Source of the DNA: a virus
Taxonomy: Duplodnaviria; Caudoviricetes
DNA length: 30,605 nt
IMG/VR virus record: IMGVR_UViG_3300037422_000098
Span: 1-30,605 of that record
Strand: one strand, 5' to 3'
Of the stretch, positions 16,337 through 25,320 are shown in pieces; within the stretch, counting starts at the first letter, position 1; every line of letters starts with the position of its first letter. A program made the position numbers and the translations under genes. The notes beneath the pieces are model-generated. The model ran no database searches and was not told where the DNA came from. It saw nothing but the letters and a program-made list of their open reading frames with translations.

Positions 16337-17320
16337 CTACTTGACCCGGTTGCCCTGCGCGTCGAACTTGAGCCGCTTCGGGGGAGCCTTCGGCGCGCCG
16401 CCGGCCGGCGCGCCGCCCTGACCGCTGATCGTCTCGCGCACCAGGCTGCGGATCGGGTCCTCGGTGGGACTGCCCGGCGTGAAGCCCGCGGGCGCGGGGA
16501 CGAGCTCCGATTGCCCCGCCTTGCCCAGGCGCCACTTGTACCAGCGCCCGTCAGCGCCGCGCACCCATTCGTTGCTTGGCGGCATCACGTTGACGTTCGT
16601 GCCGGGCGCGTGCGTCGATTCCTTGGCGAGCTTCGCGGTCAGCAGGCGCCTGCCTTCCGGCGAGGCCGGGTCGATCCCCGCCGCCTTGAGCATCTTCACG
16701 AAAGCCGCGCTCTGGTCGCGCTCCACCGGCGCGTGGTGCCCGAGCATGGGCCCCGAGACCTCGTAAGCACTGTCTGGGCTCTCCCCAGTGGCTCGGCGCG
16801 CGATTTCCTCGAGCGCGCCCGAGCGCGCCCGCTCACCGGGTTCCTTCGCCGCGTGAACCCGCAAGCCCCCGATGTTCTCCGGGGTCCACTTCCCGGGCGA
16901 GGCGAGCGACAGCGCGAGCTCGTCCAGCGCCGCCAGGATGCCCTTGTTCCGCGGGTCGGCCGGGTTGGTGTACTCGACCGGACCCGTCGGTCCGACGCCG
17001 CCCGCTCGCCCGCCGCGCAGCGCCTCGCGCGCCGCCATGACCTCGGGCACCGTTGCCCCGGCGCGCGCCGCCGCCGACTCGAGCATGAGGTTTTCCATCC
17101 GCGCGCCGCGCCCGCTCTCCTGCGCCGCCAGGTCAGCCTCGGCCGCCAGCTTGCGGATCTCCTGCATGATCTTGCCGGCCTGCGCCCCGGCTTTGAGCTC
17201 GTCCTCGTAAGCCCGCTTGTACGTCGGCCCGCCCGCGGCGATGTTCTGCGCCGCCACCGAGAGGCCCGGTTGCACGCCGAACCAGGCCGCCATCCCGGGG
17301 TTGTTGAGGTAGCCTGCCAT
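16337..17320 (-). CDS. Putative internal virion/ejection protein
   Basis: 327 aa, Ala/Gly-rich, AGGAGG RBS, abuts the giant gene. Confidence 0.7.
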   Translation of the reverse strand: MAGYLNNPGMAAWFGVQPGLSVAAQNIAAGGPTYKRAYEDELKAGAQAGKIMQEIRKLAAEADLAAQESGRGARMENLMLESAAARAGATVPEVMAAREALRGGRAGGVGPTGPVEYTNPADPRNKGILAALDELALSLASPGKWTPENIGGLRVHAAKEPGERARSGALEEIARRATGESPDSAYEVSGPMLGHHAPVERDQSAAFVKMLKAAGIDPASPEGRRLLTAKLAKESTHAPGTNVNVMPPSNEWVRGADGRWYKWRLGKAGQSELVPAPAGFTPGSPTEDPIRSLVRETISGQGGAPAGGAPKAPPKRLKFDAQGNRVK

Positions 17321-17329
17321 CGGTGCCTC

Positions 17330-18055
17330 CTAGGGGCGCATGAGAGCGTTGCGCGCGAAAGCCGCGCCGACTTGCCCGAGCAGACCACCGCCCACCATCT
17401 TCGCCCCGCTCGGGCTCACCCGTGAGAGTTGGGTGCGATTCTTGGCGCCGAGCATGGATTGCTGTTGCCCGAGCGCGCCCAGATCGCCGGCAAAGCGGGC
17501 GTCCTTGAGTTGCTCGAGTGTCTCGGCTTGCCCCGGCGCGACCATGCGCGCAAAGAGTTTGCGGAGTTGCTCGCGGCGCGCGGCCTCGGTGTTGGCCGTC
17601 GCCGCGACCGCCTGGCCGTACTCCGCCGGCATCTTCCCGGCACGCGCCGGCAGCGAGGGAGTGACGGCCTGCTCGATCGAGCGGACGTTGCCCTCGATCT
17701 CCGCCTCGAGGGGCGCGTAGTTGCGCGTCGCGGCGACCCGCTCGGCCGCGCGTTGCTCGGCCATCTGCTGCGCGCGCTGGGTCAGGGCTCGGTTTTCCTC
17801 CTCGGCGCCCGCGGCAAGCTGGTCGGCCTGCTTCTGCGCGTCACGCAGCGCCGAGGCCTGCATGAGGTAGCCCGCCCCGGAGGCGAGCGCCGGGACCAGC
17901 GCCTCGGGCCGCAGCAGTTGCTTGCCGAAATCCGTGGCCGCCCGCCCGAAGGAGTCGAGCCAGCCGGTACTCTTGGCCGGCGGGAGGTAATTCCAGTCAG
18001 GAACATCGACCGGCAGCGTCGGCGCGCCGGAGAACATGCTGGTCAGGTCACTCAT
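17330..18055 (-). CDS. Putative internal virion/ejection protein
   Basis: Start MSDLTSMFSG at ATG 18055 (ATGA overlap, GGAGG RBS). Helical, with a hydrophobic Gly-rich C-terminus (MVGGGLLGQVGAAF). Confidence 0.7.
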   Translation of the reverse strand: MSDLTSMFSGAPTLPVDVPDWNYLPPAKSTGWLDSFGRAATDFGKQLLRPEALVPALASGAGYLMQASALRDAQKQADQLAAGAEEENRALTQRAQQMAEQRAAERVAATRNYAPLEAEIEGNVRSIEQAVTPSLPARAGKMPAEYGQAVAATANTEAARREQLRKLFARMVAPGQAETLEQLKDARFAGDLGALGQQQSMLGAKNRTQLSRVSPSGAKMVGGGLLGQVGAAFARNALMRP

Positions 18056-18681
18056 CCGAGGTTCCTCCGCGTCGGGTCCAGGACCGCATCGAGTAACCGT
18101 TGCGCCTCGGTGCGCCCCCGCGCACGCCCCGCGCCGATGCGCGAGGCCGGGTAGAGCGAGGTCAGGTCGGCCATCGCCTGCCCAGCCACCTGCCCCGATC
18201 CGTAGCGCAGCGCCGCGTCCTGGTTCGCCTTGAGCAGCGCCAGGGCGTCGTTGATCGAGCTGCCGGCCGCCGCCATGCCGCCAGCGCCCCCGGTGAGCCC
18301 GATCTCCGCCTGCGTGTCCGCACCGCGCAGCGCGTTCGCCGCCTCCATCCCGCCCTGCTCGATCGCGCGCGCCCGATCGGTCGCCGCCCGGTCGATCAGC
18401 TTGCGGCCCTCCACGTCCTGACTCCCGCCGACCTGCCCCGCGCGAGCAAGGTTGAACCCGAGCAGACGATCCTCGTCGGCCCGCCGCTCGACGAGCGGCG
18501 CCACCGCAGCATCGACGTTGCGTTGCCGGATGTCCGTGTACCGATTCGGGTCCATCCCCGCGAAGATCCCCTTGATCGCCTCGCGCGAGCGCGAGAGGTT
18601 CTGCACGTCGGGATCGCTTGCGTAGGTCGCGACCTGCGGCTTGTACTTGCTGCCGCCGAACAGTCCTGAGAACGTGCTCAT
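18052..18681 (-). CDS. Putative internal virion/ejection protein
   Basis: Start MSTFSGLFGGSKY at ATG 18681. Contains the motif LGFNLARAGQVGGSQD. Confidence 0.7.
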   Translation of the reverse strand: MSTFSGLFGGSKYKPQVATYASDPDVQNLSRSREAIKGIFAGMDPNRYTDIRQRNVDAAVAPLVERRADEDRLLGFNLARAGQVGGSQDVEGRKLIDRAATDRARAIEQGGMEAANALRGADTQAEIGLTGGAGGMAAAGSSINDALALLKANQDAALRYGSGQVAGQAMADLTSLYPASRIGAGRARGRTEAQRLLDAVLDPTRRNLG

Positions 18682-18941
18682 TGCACCCACCCTCCGCGGC
18701 GCTTCGTCCGCGAGCGCCTGTCAAATGATTTTTTGGAATGCATCGGCTCTGGAACAGCCAGGAATAACAATGAGGTACGCGTCCATGCATTCATATCGCG
18801 CATGCATAGCCTCGCTTCGAGGGAATCGCGTGGTAGGATTGACACTATCGCCCTTCGCCCTTCTGGCTCGGCAAGAGAAGTGTCCTCTTCCCGCCGGACG
18901 GGCAACCCAGTCGGTTGGTGCAAGAACCCCTCCGCGCTCAT
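18678..18941 (-). other. Lower-GC, hairpin-rich 260-bp insert carrying a translationally coupled 87-codon ORF
   Basis: Bounded by direct repeats GCTCATTGCAC (18676-18686 and 18936-18946). ORF MSAEGFLHQPTG...RRGGWVQ has ATGA overlaps at both ends but atypical codon usage. Confidence 0.5.
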
Positions 18942-20638
18942 TGCACGACCTCCCCCTCGAAGCTGCTCGCCACCCCTTCGGCGCCCGGCGTGAAGGCCTC
19001 GCCCAGCCACGGCCGCGGCATCTTCCGCTTCTTGCCGGCCTGAACCTGCTCGGCCAGTCGCACCAGATCGACCTGGGAGTAGTCCGGCGTCACCGACGTG
19101 CCGGCCGCCTGCACGTTCTCGATCGCCTGCGCCGGGAGCTCGGCGAGGGCCTGTTCGATCGTGTTGGACGGCGCGCCGCCGGCCCGTTGCTGCGCAAGCT
19201 CGGTCTCGAGCTGCCCGATCTCCGCGTCTACCTTCGCCTGCACTTCGGGCACCCGCTCGTCGAACTCCTCGCTGATGCCCTGGATCTGCGCGAGGCCTTC
19301 CTTCTCGGCGCTCGACTCCTGAATGCCGCCTCGCGCCACGGAGAACCCGAGTTGCCGCTCGGCCTCGTCCTTGAACTGCTGGAGGTTCGTGACCTCGGGG
19401 CGCGCCGCGCGAATGCGCTCCTGGTCCTTGAGCCACTCGATGTACTCCTCCCGCGTCATCGAACTCCCCAGGCCCGTGTCGCTGCGCTCCCGCTGGGAGC
19501 GGTACAGGTCGCCGAATCCCTCGGGACCCTGATCGCCCATGAACCGATCGAGCCCCTTCTCGAGGGCGTCGGACAGGGTGCGGCGGGTGATGTTCTCGGG
19601 CGAGAGTTGCTCGGCGGCCCAGGAGCGCGCGCGGTCGAGGAGCGAACTCTCCTGCCCTGCGCCCCCGGCGCGCTGCATCATCTGGTCGTACTTGGCGCCG
19701 CCCATGTCGCCGACCTGATCGAAGCCGGAAAGGGTTTCCCACCCGGACACTTGGCTGCCCCACGAATCCAGCAAGCTCTGCACGGCAAGGTCGTTGCCCT
19801 GTAGGCCGAGGCCGTAGCGGCCGAACAGACCACCCTGTGGCACGCCGCCACCCGCCTCCAACGATCCGGCGCCCAGACCACCCCCGAAAGCTGGGTTGAT
19901 CGAGCGCATCATGGCGTCCAGTTGTGCCGAGCTTGCCCCTGGATTCGCTTCAATGAGGCGGATCAGACCACCAATCGGGTCCTCCGCTAGAGCGGCGGAG
20001 GATAGCCCTTGCGGGATGACACTTCCCGCGGCCTGCCCCAGTCCCGCAGTGCCGGCGTCGGCGAAGGCCGGCATCATCTGCGCCGCGCCCGGCGCCGACA
20101 TGAGCCCGAGCGCCACGCCCAGGTTCGGCAGCACGAAGGGCAGCATCACCGACAGCGCCGGCATGATTTTGGAAAACGTGCTCGCTTTCATCCCTGGAAA
20201 GGCCTCCGCGTACTCGCGCGCCGGTTGGCTCGCCTCTTGCCACCAGTTTCTCATTTCGGGGCCGAACTTGTCCGCGTAGCGCGGGTCGGCGAGCAGCGCA
20301 TCGACCGGGAAGAACTGCCGGTAGCCGGGATTCGTGATCCCGCCGACCGAGGCGATGTACTGGTCGTAGAGTTGCCGGGCTTCCTCCGGCGAGGCGACCC
20401 CCGCGCGCCGCGCGAGCTCCCCGAACACCTGCCCCTCGAACTCCTCGGCAGGAAGCGGACCGGGCGCTTCGCTTTGCGTGCTCGGGCCTTCGTCGGGCCC
20501 CCACCCGCCGGTGCCCTCCACCACGCCGCGACCGCCGGCGAGGTAGTCCTCATAGGCCCGCTGCGCCGCAAGGGCACGCTGCCGGGCCGCTACCGAGTTG
20601 GGCGTCTCCCAGCCCTGCCAGTTGTCCCACGTCGCCAT
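18938..20638 (-). CDS. Putative internal virion/ejection protein
   Basis: 566 aa with AAGGAG RBS, a hydrophobic segment (IMPALSVMLPFVLPNLGVALGLM) and the motif LGFSVARGGIQESS, similar to the motif in 18052-18681. Confidence 0.7.
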   Translation of the reverse strand: MATWDNWQGWETPNSVAARQRALAAQRAYEDYLAGGRGVVEGTGGWGPDEGPSTQSEAPGPLPAEEFEGQVFGELARRAGVASPEEARQLYDQYIASVGGITNPGYRQFFPVDALLADPRYADKFGPEMRNWWQEASQPAREYAEAFPGMKASTFSKIMPALSVMLPFVLPNLGVALGLMSAPGAAQMMPAFADAGTAGLGQAAGSVIPQGLSSAALAEDPIGGLIRLIEANPGASSAQLDAMMRSINPAFGGGLGAGSLEAGGGVPQGGLFGRYGLGLQGNDLAVQSLLDSWGSQVSGWETLSGFDQVGDMGGAKYDQMMQRAGGAGQESSLLDRARSWAAEQLSPENITRRTLSDALEKGLDRFMGDQGPEGFGDLYRSQRERSDTGLGSSMTREEYIEWLKDQERIRAARPEVTNLQQFKDEAERQLGFSVARGGIQESSAEKEGLAQIQGISEEFDERVPEVQAKVDAEIGQLETELAQQRAGGAPSNTIEQALAELPAQAIENVQAAGTSVTPDYSQVDLVRLAEQVQAGKKRKMPRPWLGEAFTPGAEGVASSFEGEVVQ

Positions 20639-20641
20639 GCT

Positions 20642-21112
20642 CTACTCCTTCACGATCGCCCAACTGATGAAATCCTCGCCGTTCGCCCCGGCCCGACGAT
20701 GCAGCCCCTCGGCGCGCCAGCCGAGCGCCTCGAGGAAGCGCGCCGCCGAGCCCCAGGATGCGAGGCAGGTCGTCTCGAGGCGGTGCACCGCCTCGTTTCG
20801 CAGGTGCGCGGCGAGCAGCCGCCGGCCCTCCCGCACCAGCATCCGCGCGTAGCGCCGATCGAACTCGCGCACCGCCACGAGCCACACCCCGAGCACGCCG
20901 GGCCGCTCGGGGGAGAACCCCGCGCAGGCAATCGGATAGCCGGCCTCGAGCAGCGTGTAGACGCGCGCCCCGCTTGCCAGGCACTCGATCGCCCATGCCT
21001 CGCCGGGCTCGCGCCCCGTAGCCTGGATACCCACACGATCGCGCCCGCGCAGGCTGCGCGCCACTTCCAGCAGGTCCTCGGGCAGCGCTGCGCTGATGAC
21101 GAGATTGCTCAT
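20642..21112 (-). CDS. GNAT-fold virion-assembly protein (T7 gp13-like position)
   Basis: Start MSNLVISAALPEDL at ATG 21112. PIACAG...GVWLV...HRLET...AARFLEALGWRAEG acetyltransferase-like pattern, immediately after the nozzle gene. Confidence 0.75.
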   Translation of the reverse strand: MSNLVISAALPEDLLEVARSLRGRDRVGIQATGREPGEAWAIECLASGARVYTLLEAGYPIACAGFSPERPGVLGVWLVAVREFDRRYARMLVREGRRLLAAHLRNEAVHRLETTCLASWGSAARFLEALGWRAEGLHRRAGANGEDFISWAIVKE

Positions 21113-22536
21113 ACCGGGCCGAGGACCTCGTAGTAGAGTTGCAGGCGCGAGAACTCGAACTCGGTGGCGGCCTGGTGAGTGATGACCGGCGCCAGACCGA
21201 CCGAGCAGACCTCCACCGGCTGCAGCACGCCCTCCTCGCTCGCCCCCGAGATCGGCGTCATGTTCGTGATCTTCGCGTCGTCGTTCGGGTCCCAGATGAA
21301 CTCGATCTCCCCGCCCGTGCCCACCACGTTCCAGTCTGCCCCCGTCCACTGCTTGAGCATCCCCGGCTGCTTCGCGTTGAGGTAGGCCAGGCGAATCCGC
21401 ACCGGGATGAGGGCCCCCACGTCATCGTAGGCCCCCGGCGCGAAGCGGTACACCTCGTCGCCCACCCGGATGTAGACCCGGTTGTTCAACACCGCGGCGT
21501 CGTCGGGCGTGTAGGGGATCGTGTACTTGCCCCATGCGGCCACCTTGGCCGAGCGGGAGAAGGTGTAGACCCAGACCGTCGAGCCCACGAACAACCAGAA
21601 CTGTTGCAGCCCGGGGACGTAGAGGGCGATCGGCTCGTAGGTCCCGACGTTCACCACCCGGTCGCCGTTCGCGTCGATGGTGGTGAGGAGCTCGTCGATC
21701 GGCGAACCCACGTCCACGTCGAGGTAGTTGTCGGTCTGCGTGTTGATCGTCACCGAGCGCACGCCCACGTCGGCCAGGAAGAACACGTCCGAGGCGAAAC
21801 TCGTCGGGGTGAGGGGATAGCGCGTCCCGACCCCGAAGATGCGCTGCTTGAGCACGTTGAAGGCCGGATTCGGGTCCACGTCCCAGACCTGCGCGCCGTC
21901 GGCGAAGAAGCACACGATCTGGTTCTGGAACTGGCCGAGCGCGTAGCAGTCTTGCGCCCCCTCCTGTTGCAGGCCCACGGCGAGATAGCCCGCGTCGGAG
22001 GCCGTCGTCCAGTCGCGCGGATCGTTCGCCTTGCTGAAACGTACCACGTCGAGCGGCGAGGTTTTCTTGTTCGCCCAGATCTTCCCCGCCTGCTTCGTCA
22101 CAGCCTTGCCGTGGGGGCAATTCGCATCGGCGATGTAGGTTGCCGACGAGCCGTCGAGGTAGTGGTGCCAGATCGAGCCATCCTCGTACTCGATCGAGGC
22201 ATAGATGTAGCCCAGGAAGGCGTCCGCATACCAGGCCCGTTTGACCGCGGTCGAGCCGGGCGTCGGGTGCCGCACGCGCCGCGCCGTGAACAGGGCGTTC
22301 GCGTGGCTGATCGTGCCGGCTTCGTGGAACGTGTTGAGACTGCCCAGGGCCGCCCGCAGCCCCTTGGTGCCGGGTTCGAGCGTGGCGACGTGCGCGAGCC
22401 CGGGGCGCTTGCGGATCGTGCGCCCTACGGTGACGTAGGCGTTCGTGAGCTCGCGAAGCCGGCTGGCCTCGGTGAGCGACTGCGGGCGCCGAACATCGAG
22501 ACCGACCTCGAAGCGATCGTAGACGACGGAGGGGAT
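21109..22536 (-). CDS. Tail nozzle / tail tubular protein B-like (beta-propeller); apparent ATC start
   Basis: The frame is open with good codon bias from ATC 22536 (IPSVVYDRFEVGLDVRRPQSLTEASRLRELTNAYVTVGRTIRKRPGL), 87 codons upstream of the tracked GTG. Beta-rich with VRFSKANDPRDW, typical of podovirus nozzle proteins. Confidence 0.78.
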   Translation of the reverse strand: MPSVVYDRFEVGLDVRRPQSLTEASRLRELTNAYVTVGRTIRKRPGLAHVATLEPGTKGLRAALGSLNTFHEAGTISHANALFTARRVRHPTPGSTAVKRAWYADAFLGYIYASIEYEDGSIWHHYLDGSSATYIADANCPHGKAVTKQAGKIWANKKTSPLDVVRFSKANDPRDWTTASDAGYLAVGLQQEGAQDCYALGQFQNQIVCFFADGAQVWDVDPNPAFNVLKQRIFGVGTRYPLTPTSFASDVFFLADVGVRSVTINTQTDNYLDVDVGSPIDELLTTIDANGDRVVNVGTYEPIALYVPGLQQFWLFVGSTVWVYTFSRSAKVAAWGKYTIPYTPDDAAVLNNRVYIRVGDEVYRFAPGAYDDVGALIPVRIRLAYLNAKQPGMLKQWTGADWNVVGTGGEIEFIWDPNDDAKITNMTPISGASEEGVLQPVEVCSVGLAPVITHQAATEFEFSRLQLYYEVLGPV

Positions 22537-22543
22537 GGCCGCC

Positions 22544-22807
22544 TCACCTGTAGATGAACGTCACGTCGAGCGCCGTGCCGCCGATCGTCACGTGCAGATC
22601 GGTGACGAAGCGCACCGGGAAGAAGTGCCAGCCCACCGCCGGGGTGATCGTCCCCGAGAGCACCGTGCCACCGGCGCCCCCGTCGCGCAGCACCAGCGTC
22701 CCGGAGGTCGTCGAGTTGACGTAAAACCCGAGGAGTTCGCCCGCCACTGCCTTGACGGTGCCGGTCGTCGTCCGGTTTGAGGCGTTGCCCGTGATGCTTG
22801 CGTCCAT
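22544..22807 (-). CDS. Small beta-rich protein, probable virion accessory
   Basis: 87 aa, AGGAG RBS, Thr/Gly-rich, between adaptor and nozzle. Confidence 0.7.
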   Translation of the reverse strand: MDASITGNASNRTTTGTVKAVAGELLGFYVNSTTSGTLVLRDGGAGGTVLSGTITPAVGWHFFPVRFVTDLHVTIGGTALDVTFIYR

Positions 22808-22816
22808 CGTGATCTC

Positions 22817-23479
22817 CTAGACGACTTTCGGTTTCGTGTACTCCTGCACCGCACGATCGCGCGGCAGGAAGCGTTTGCCCTGAAAAGAGTCTCCCCGCAC
22901 CTGCGCGAGGAGGTCGGCCGCCTGGCCGGCGACCGCCTGCGCGTCGGGGTGCCGGTAGTGGGCTTTCGCGTAGGCAAGGGCGTCTTGGAACACCAGCTCG
23001 TCGTCTATCGTCGTGCGGTCGCTGTCCTGCGTGAAGCGCTCGAGCGGCTTCATCGCCCAGATCCGCAACGTGCAGTCCTGCGAATAGGTGGGCAGGAACT
23101 CGAGCTGCGCGAAGGCGTTGAACTTCCTCGGATAGTCCACCACGATCGCCAGGTCGTTGTAGTCCGGGATGTCGATGCCCTTCTTGAGGGGCTCCGACCA
23201 GAGCGGGGCCCCGGAGGTGCCACGGTTGACGCTGATTCGCAGGATGCGCCGCGGCTCGCACCAGGCTGGGTAATCGAGCAGCGACTCCCCGGCCGGCAAC
23301 GTCTCGTCCGACCAGGCCATGAGCTCGTCCCAGTCCTGCTTCCAGTACAGCCGGACCTGCGCGCTGTAGAGAATCGCGTTGAGGTTCGGGACGATGACGC
23401 CGCCCGCGGCGCCCTGCGCGCCCATGCCCAGGCGCGCAGCGAGCGCACTGCGAAGATCCGAGAGGGTGCGGTAGGCCAT
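22817..23479 (-). CDS. Head-tail adaptor (tail tubular protein A-like)
   Basis: 220 aa, MAYRTLSDLRSALAARLG N-terminus and DRTTIDDELVFQDALAYAKAHY; syntenic after the capsid gene. Confidence 0.72.
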   Translation of the reverse strand: MAYRTLSDLRSALAARLGMGAQGAAGGVIVPNLNAILYSAQVRLYWKQDWDELMAWSDETLPAGESLLDYPAWCEPRRILRISVNRGTSGAPLWSEPLKKGIDIPDYNDLAIVVDYPRKFNAFAQLEFLPTYSQDCTLRIWAMKPLERFTQDSDRTTIDDELVFQDALAYAKAHYRHPDAQAVAGQAADLLAQVRGDSFQGKRFLPRDRAVQEYTKPKVV

Positions 23480-23491
23480 CAGACTGCCCGA

Positions 23492-24082
23492 TCAGGCCGC
23501 GCGCCGCTGCTTCTTCTCGGCCTGCTCGGCGTCCACCCGCATCGCCTCGCGCGCCGCGCGCACCGCCGCAACGATCGCTTCCTTCTTGTCCCTCGGCGAG
23601 TAGGCCACGCCCATGTCCTCGGCCATGTCCCGCAGCCGCGGCAGACTGAGGTCCTCGAGCGTTTCGGTGCCGCACGCATCGGTGAAGCGCCCTTCGCGGA
23701 ACGGACCGTAGACTTTCTCGACGTAGGGCATCTTGACCTCGGGGTGCATCCCGTAGATCGCGATCATCCGGGACCACTCCTCGCTCGGCTCGCCCCGGAA
23801 CTCCTGATCGAGCCCGAGCTCCTTGACGCGTTGGGCGAGGAAGTCCGACCGCGTGACGGTCTCGCCGGCCTTGGTCTTGAAGCTCTTGAAGGTCCGATCG
23901 ACCAGGATCTCGTAGTCCTCGACGACCTGCACCACGCCCTCCCCGGGCACCGTCGGCTGCTCGCCGCCGTGAACCTCCTCGAGGATGGGGATTTCGTGCT
24001 CCCAGCAGACGACCGGCGTGTTGTCGGTGACGTGGGCGCCATCGCCCGAGCGTCGGATCAGGACCAGGACTCGCTTGCTCAT
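23492..24082 (-). CDS. Hypothetical protein with C-terminal Rho-N/HeH-like motif
   Basis: 196 aa; LEDLSLPRLRDMAEDMGVAYSPRDKKEAIVAAV resembles a helix-extension-helix nucleic-acid-binding motif. Confidence 0.7.
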   Translation of the reverse strand: MSKRVLVLIRRSGDGAHVTDNTPVVCWEHEIPILEEVHGGEQPTVPGEGVVQVVEDYEILVDRTFKSFKTKAGETVTRSDFLAQRVKELGLDQEFRGEPSEEWSRMIAIYGMHPEVKMPYVEKVYGPFREGRFTDACGTETLEDLSLPRLRDMAEDMGVAYSPRDKKEAIVAAVRAAREAMRVDAEQAEKKQRRAA

Positions 24083-24094
24083 CGGATTCTCCTG

Positions 24095-24123
24095 AAAAAA
24101 CCGGGCCGCACCGCGCGGCCCGG
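24095..24123 (-). terminator. Rho-independent terminator after major capsid gene
   Basis: Minus strand CCGGGCCGC-GCGGT-GCGGCCCGG followed by TTTTTT. Confidence 0.85.
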
Positions 24124-24143
24124 GGATTGCTGCATTGCCAGAC

Positions 24144-25202
24144 TCACGCGACCGCGAGGACCGCTTGCGCGTTCGAGCGGCTCATGCAGACAGCGCCGCG
24201 CCAGGTGAGGCCCCAGTAGTACTCGTACTTGTCGTAGGCGCGCGGGGGCTTCCTCGTCACCATGTCGTGCCCCTCGAGCGGCCGCAGCCGCAGGAAGTTG
24301 GTGTTGAGGAAGTAGCAGCGCTTCTTCCAGGTCGTCGCCGGCCCGTAGATGTCATCCAGGTCCGAGAACTCCGGCGACCACTGGATTTCGACCTCGTGGA
24401 ACGACAGCATGTCCGTGCCGCCCTCGACCTTGCGGAAGCCCGACGGACCGTAGTCCATCCGCCCGTAGGTCTTGACCATGAAGTTGCGGAACCCGTCGAT
24501 GAAGTCCTCGCCCGCGATGATGAGGTTCGGGCGCCCGCCGTTACGCACGCACGCCCGCCAGGCGATTTCCATCTTGTCGAGGATGTCGCCCGTGGTCGTG
24601 GTCGTGGTCAGGCCCGTGGCCGCGTGGTTGCGCCACCAGGCGTTGGCCGCCTGGGAGCGGTCGATGCCGCCGACGGTCCCCGTTGTCGGGGTGAGCGATA
24701 CCAGCGCGTCGAGCGCCGTGAGCGCGTCCGAGCTCTGCGAGCCGTCCAGGTGCAGCGCCTGACCGAACTTCTCCTCGAAACCCAGGCGCAGAATCTCCGC
24801 CTGCTCCTCGATGAGGTTGGTCAGTTGCAGCATCTCGGCGTCCGAGGCGCTCGAGGTGGCCTGCGTGTTCTCGTTCACCTTGATGCCGTTCTGCGCCAGA
24901 CGATCCTCGTCGAGGGCGAACCCGTCGTGAGCGGAGCGCCAGGCGTACAGGGCCTGCTCGATCGACTGGCGCTTGTTGTAGGTGACGACCTGCGAACCGT
25001 TGAACCACTGGAAATTGCTCTGGTAGCGGTAGCGCAGCTGCTCGACGATGTACTGCTTCGCGCCCGGGGCGTCCTTCTTCTTGGACTGCAGGGCGCGCAG
25101 CAGCGGGCGCTCGATCGCCACCTGGTCGATCGGCTTGTTGCGAAGGTAGAAATCCAGGCCGATTTTCCCGGCGTCCTGGATCTCCTGTGCGGTAAAGGGC
25201 AT
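24144..25202 (-). CDS. Major capsid protein (HK97 fold)
   Basis: 352 aa from MPFTAQEIQDAGK with GGAGG RBS and strong codon bias. Contains GTVGGIDRS...WWRN, PNLIIAG and CYFLNTNFLRL. Follows the scaffold and precedes a terminator. Confidence 0.88.
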   Translation of the reverse strand: MPFTAQEIQDAGKIGLDFYLRNKPIDQVAIERPLLRALQSKKKDAPGAKQYIVEQLRYRYQSNFQWFNGSQVVTYNKRQSIEQALYAWRSAHDGFALDEDRLAQNGIKVNENTQATSSASDAEMLQLTNLIEEQAEILRLGFEEKFGQALHLDGSQSSDALTALDALVSLTPTTGTVGGIDRSQAANAWWRNHAATGLTTTTTTGDILDKMEIAWRACVRNGGRPNLIIAGEDFIDGFRNFMVKTYGRMDYGPSGFRKVEGGTDMLSFHEVEIQWSPEFSDLDDIYGPATTWKKRCYFLNTNFLRLRPLEGHDMVTRKPPRAYDKYEYYWGLTWRGAVCMSRSNAQAVLAVA

Positions 25203-25320
25203 GAGAGCCTCCATTAGGTTGCGAAAGTGAGCCACGCGGGGACGAGCCGCTGCTACAGTCTTTCGCCGGAGGCGTTGCCGGCAGATACAGCCTTTCGCCC
25301 GCGTCACGCGGGCGGTGCGA

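Noticed and set aside
17330-18790. Upstream extensions of tracked ORFs (486 aa here; also 6475-7338, 20642-21349, 27506-28552, 29284-30309, 24144-25307)
   Set aside because: The extensions overlap better-supported genes. Downstream starts with RBS or stop/start coupling fit the operon.
18719-18844. TGTCAA...TTGACA as IS/MITE terminal inverted repeats or as sigma70 -35 boxes
   Set aside because: Only about 6 bp match, there is no flanking target duplication at these ends, and neither TTGACA has a credible -10 at 16-18 bp.
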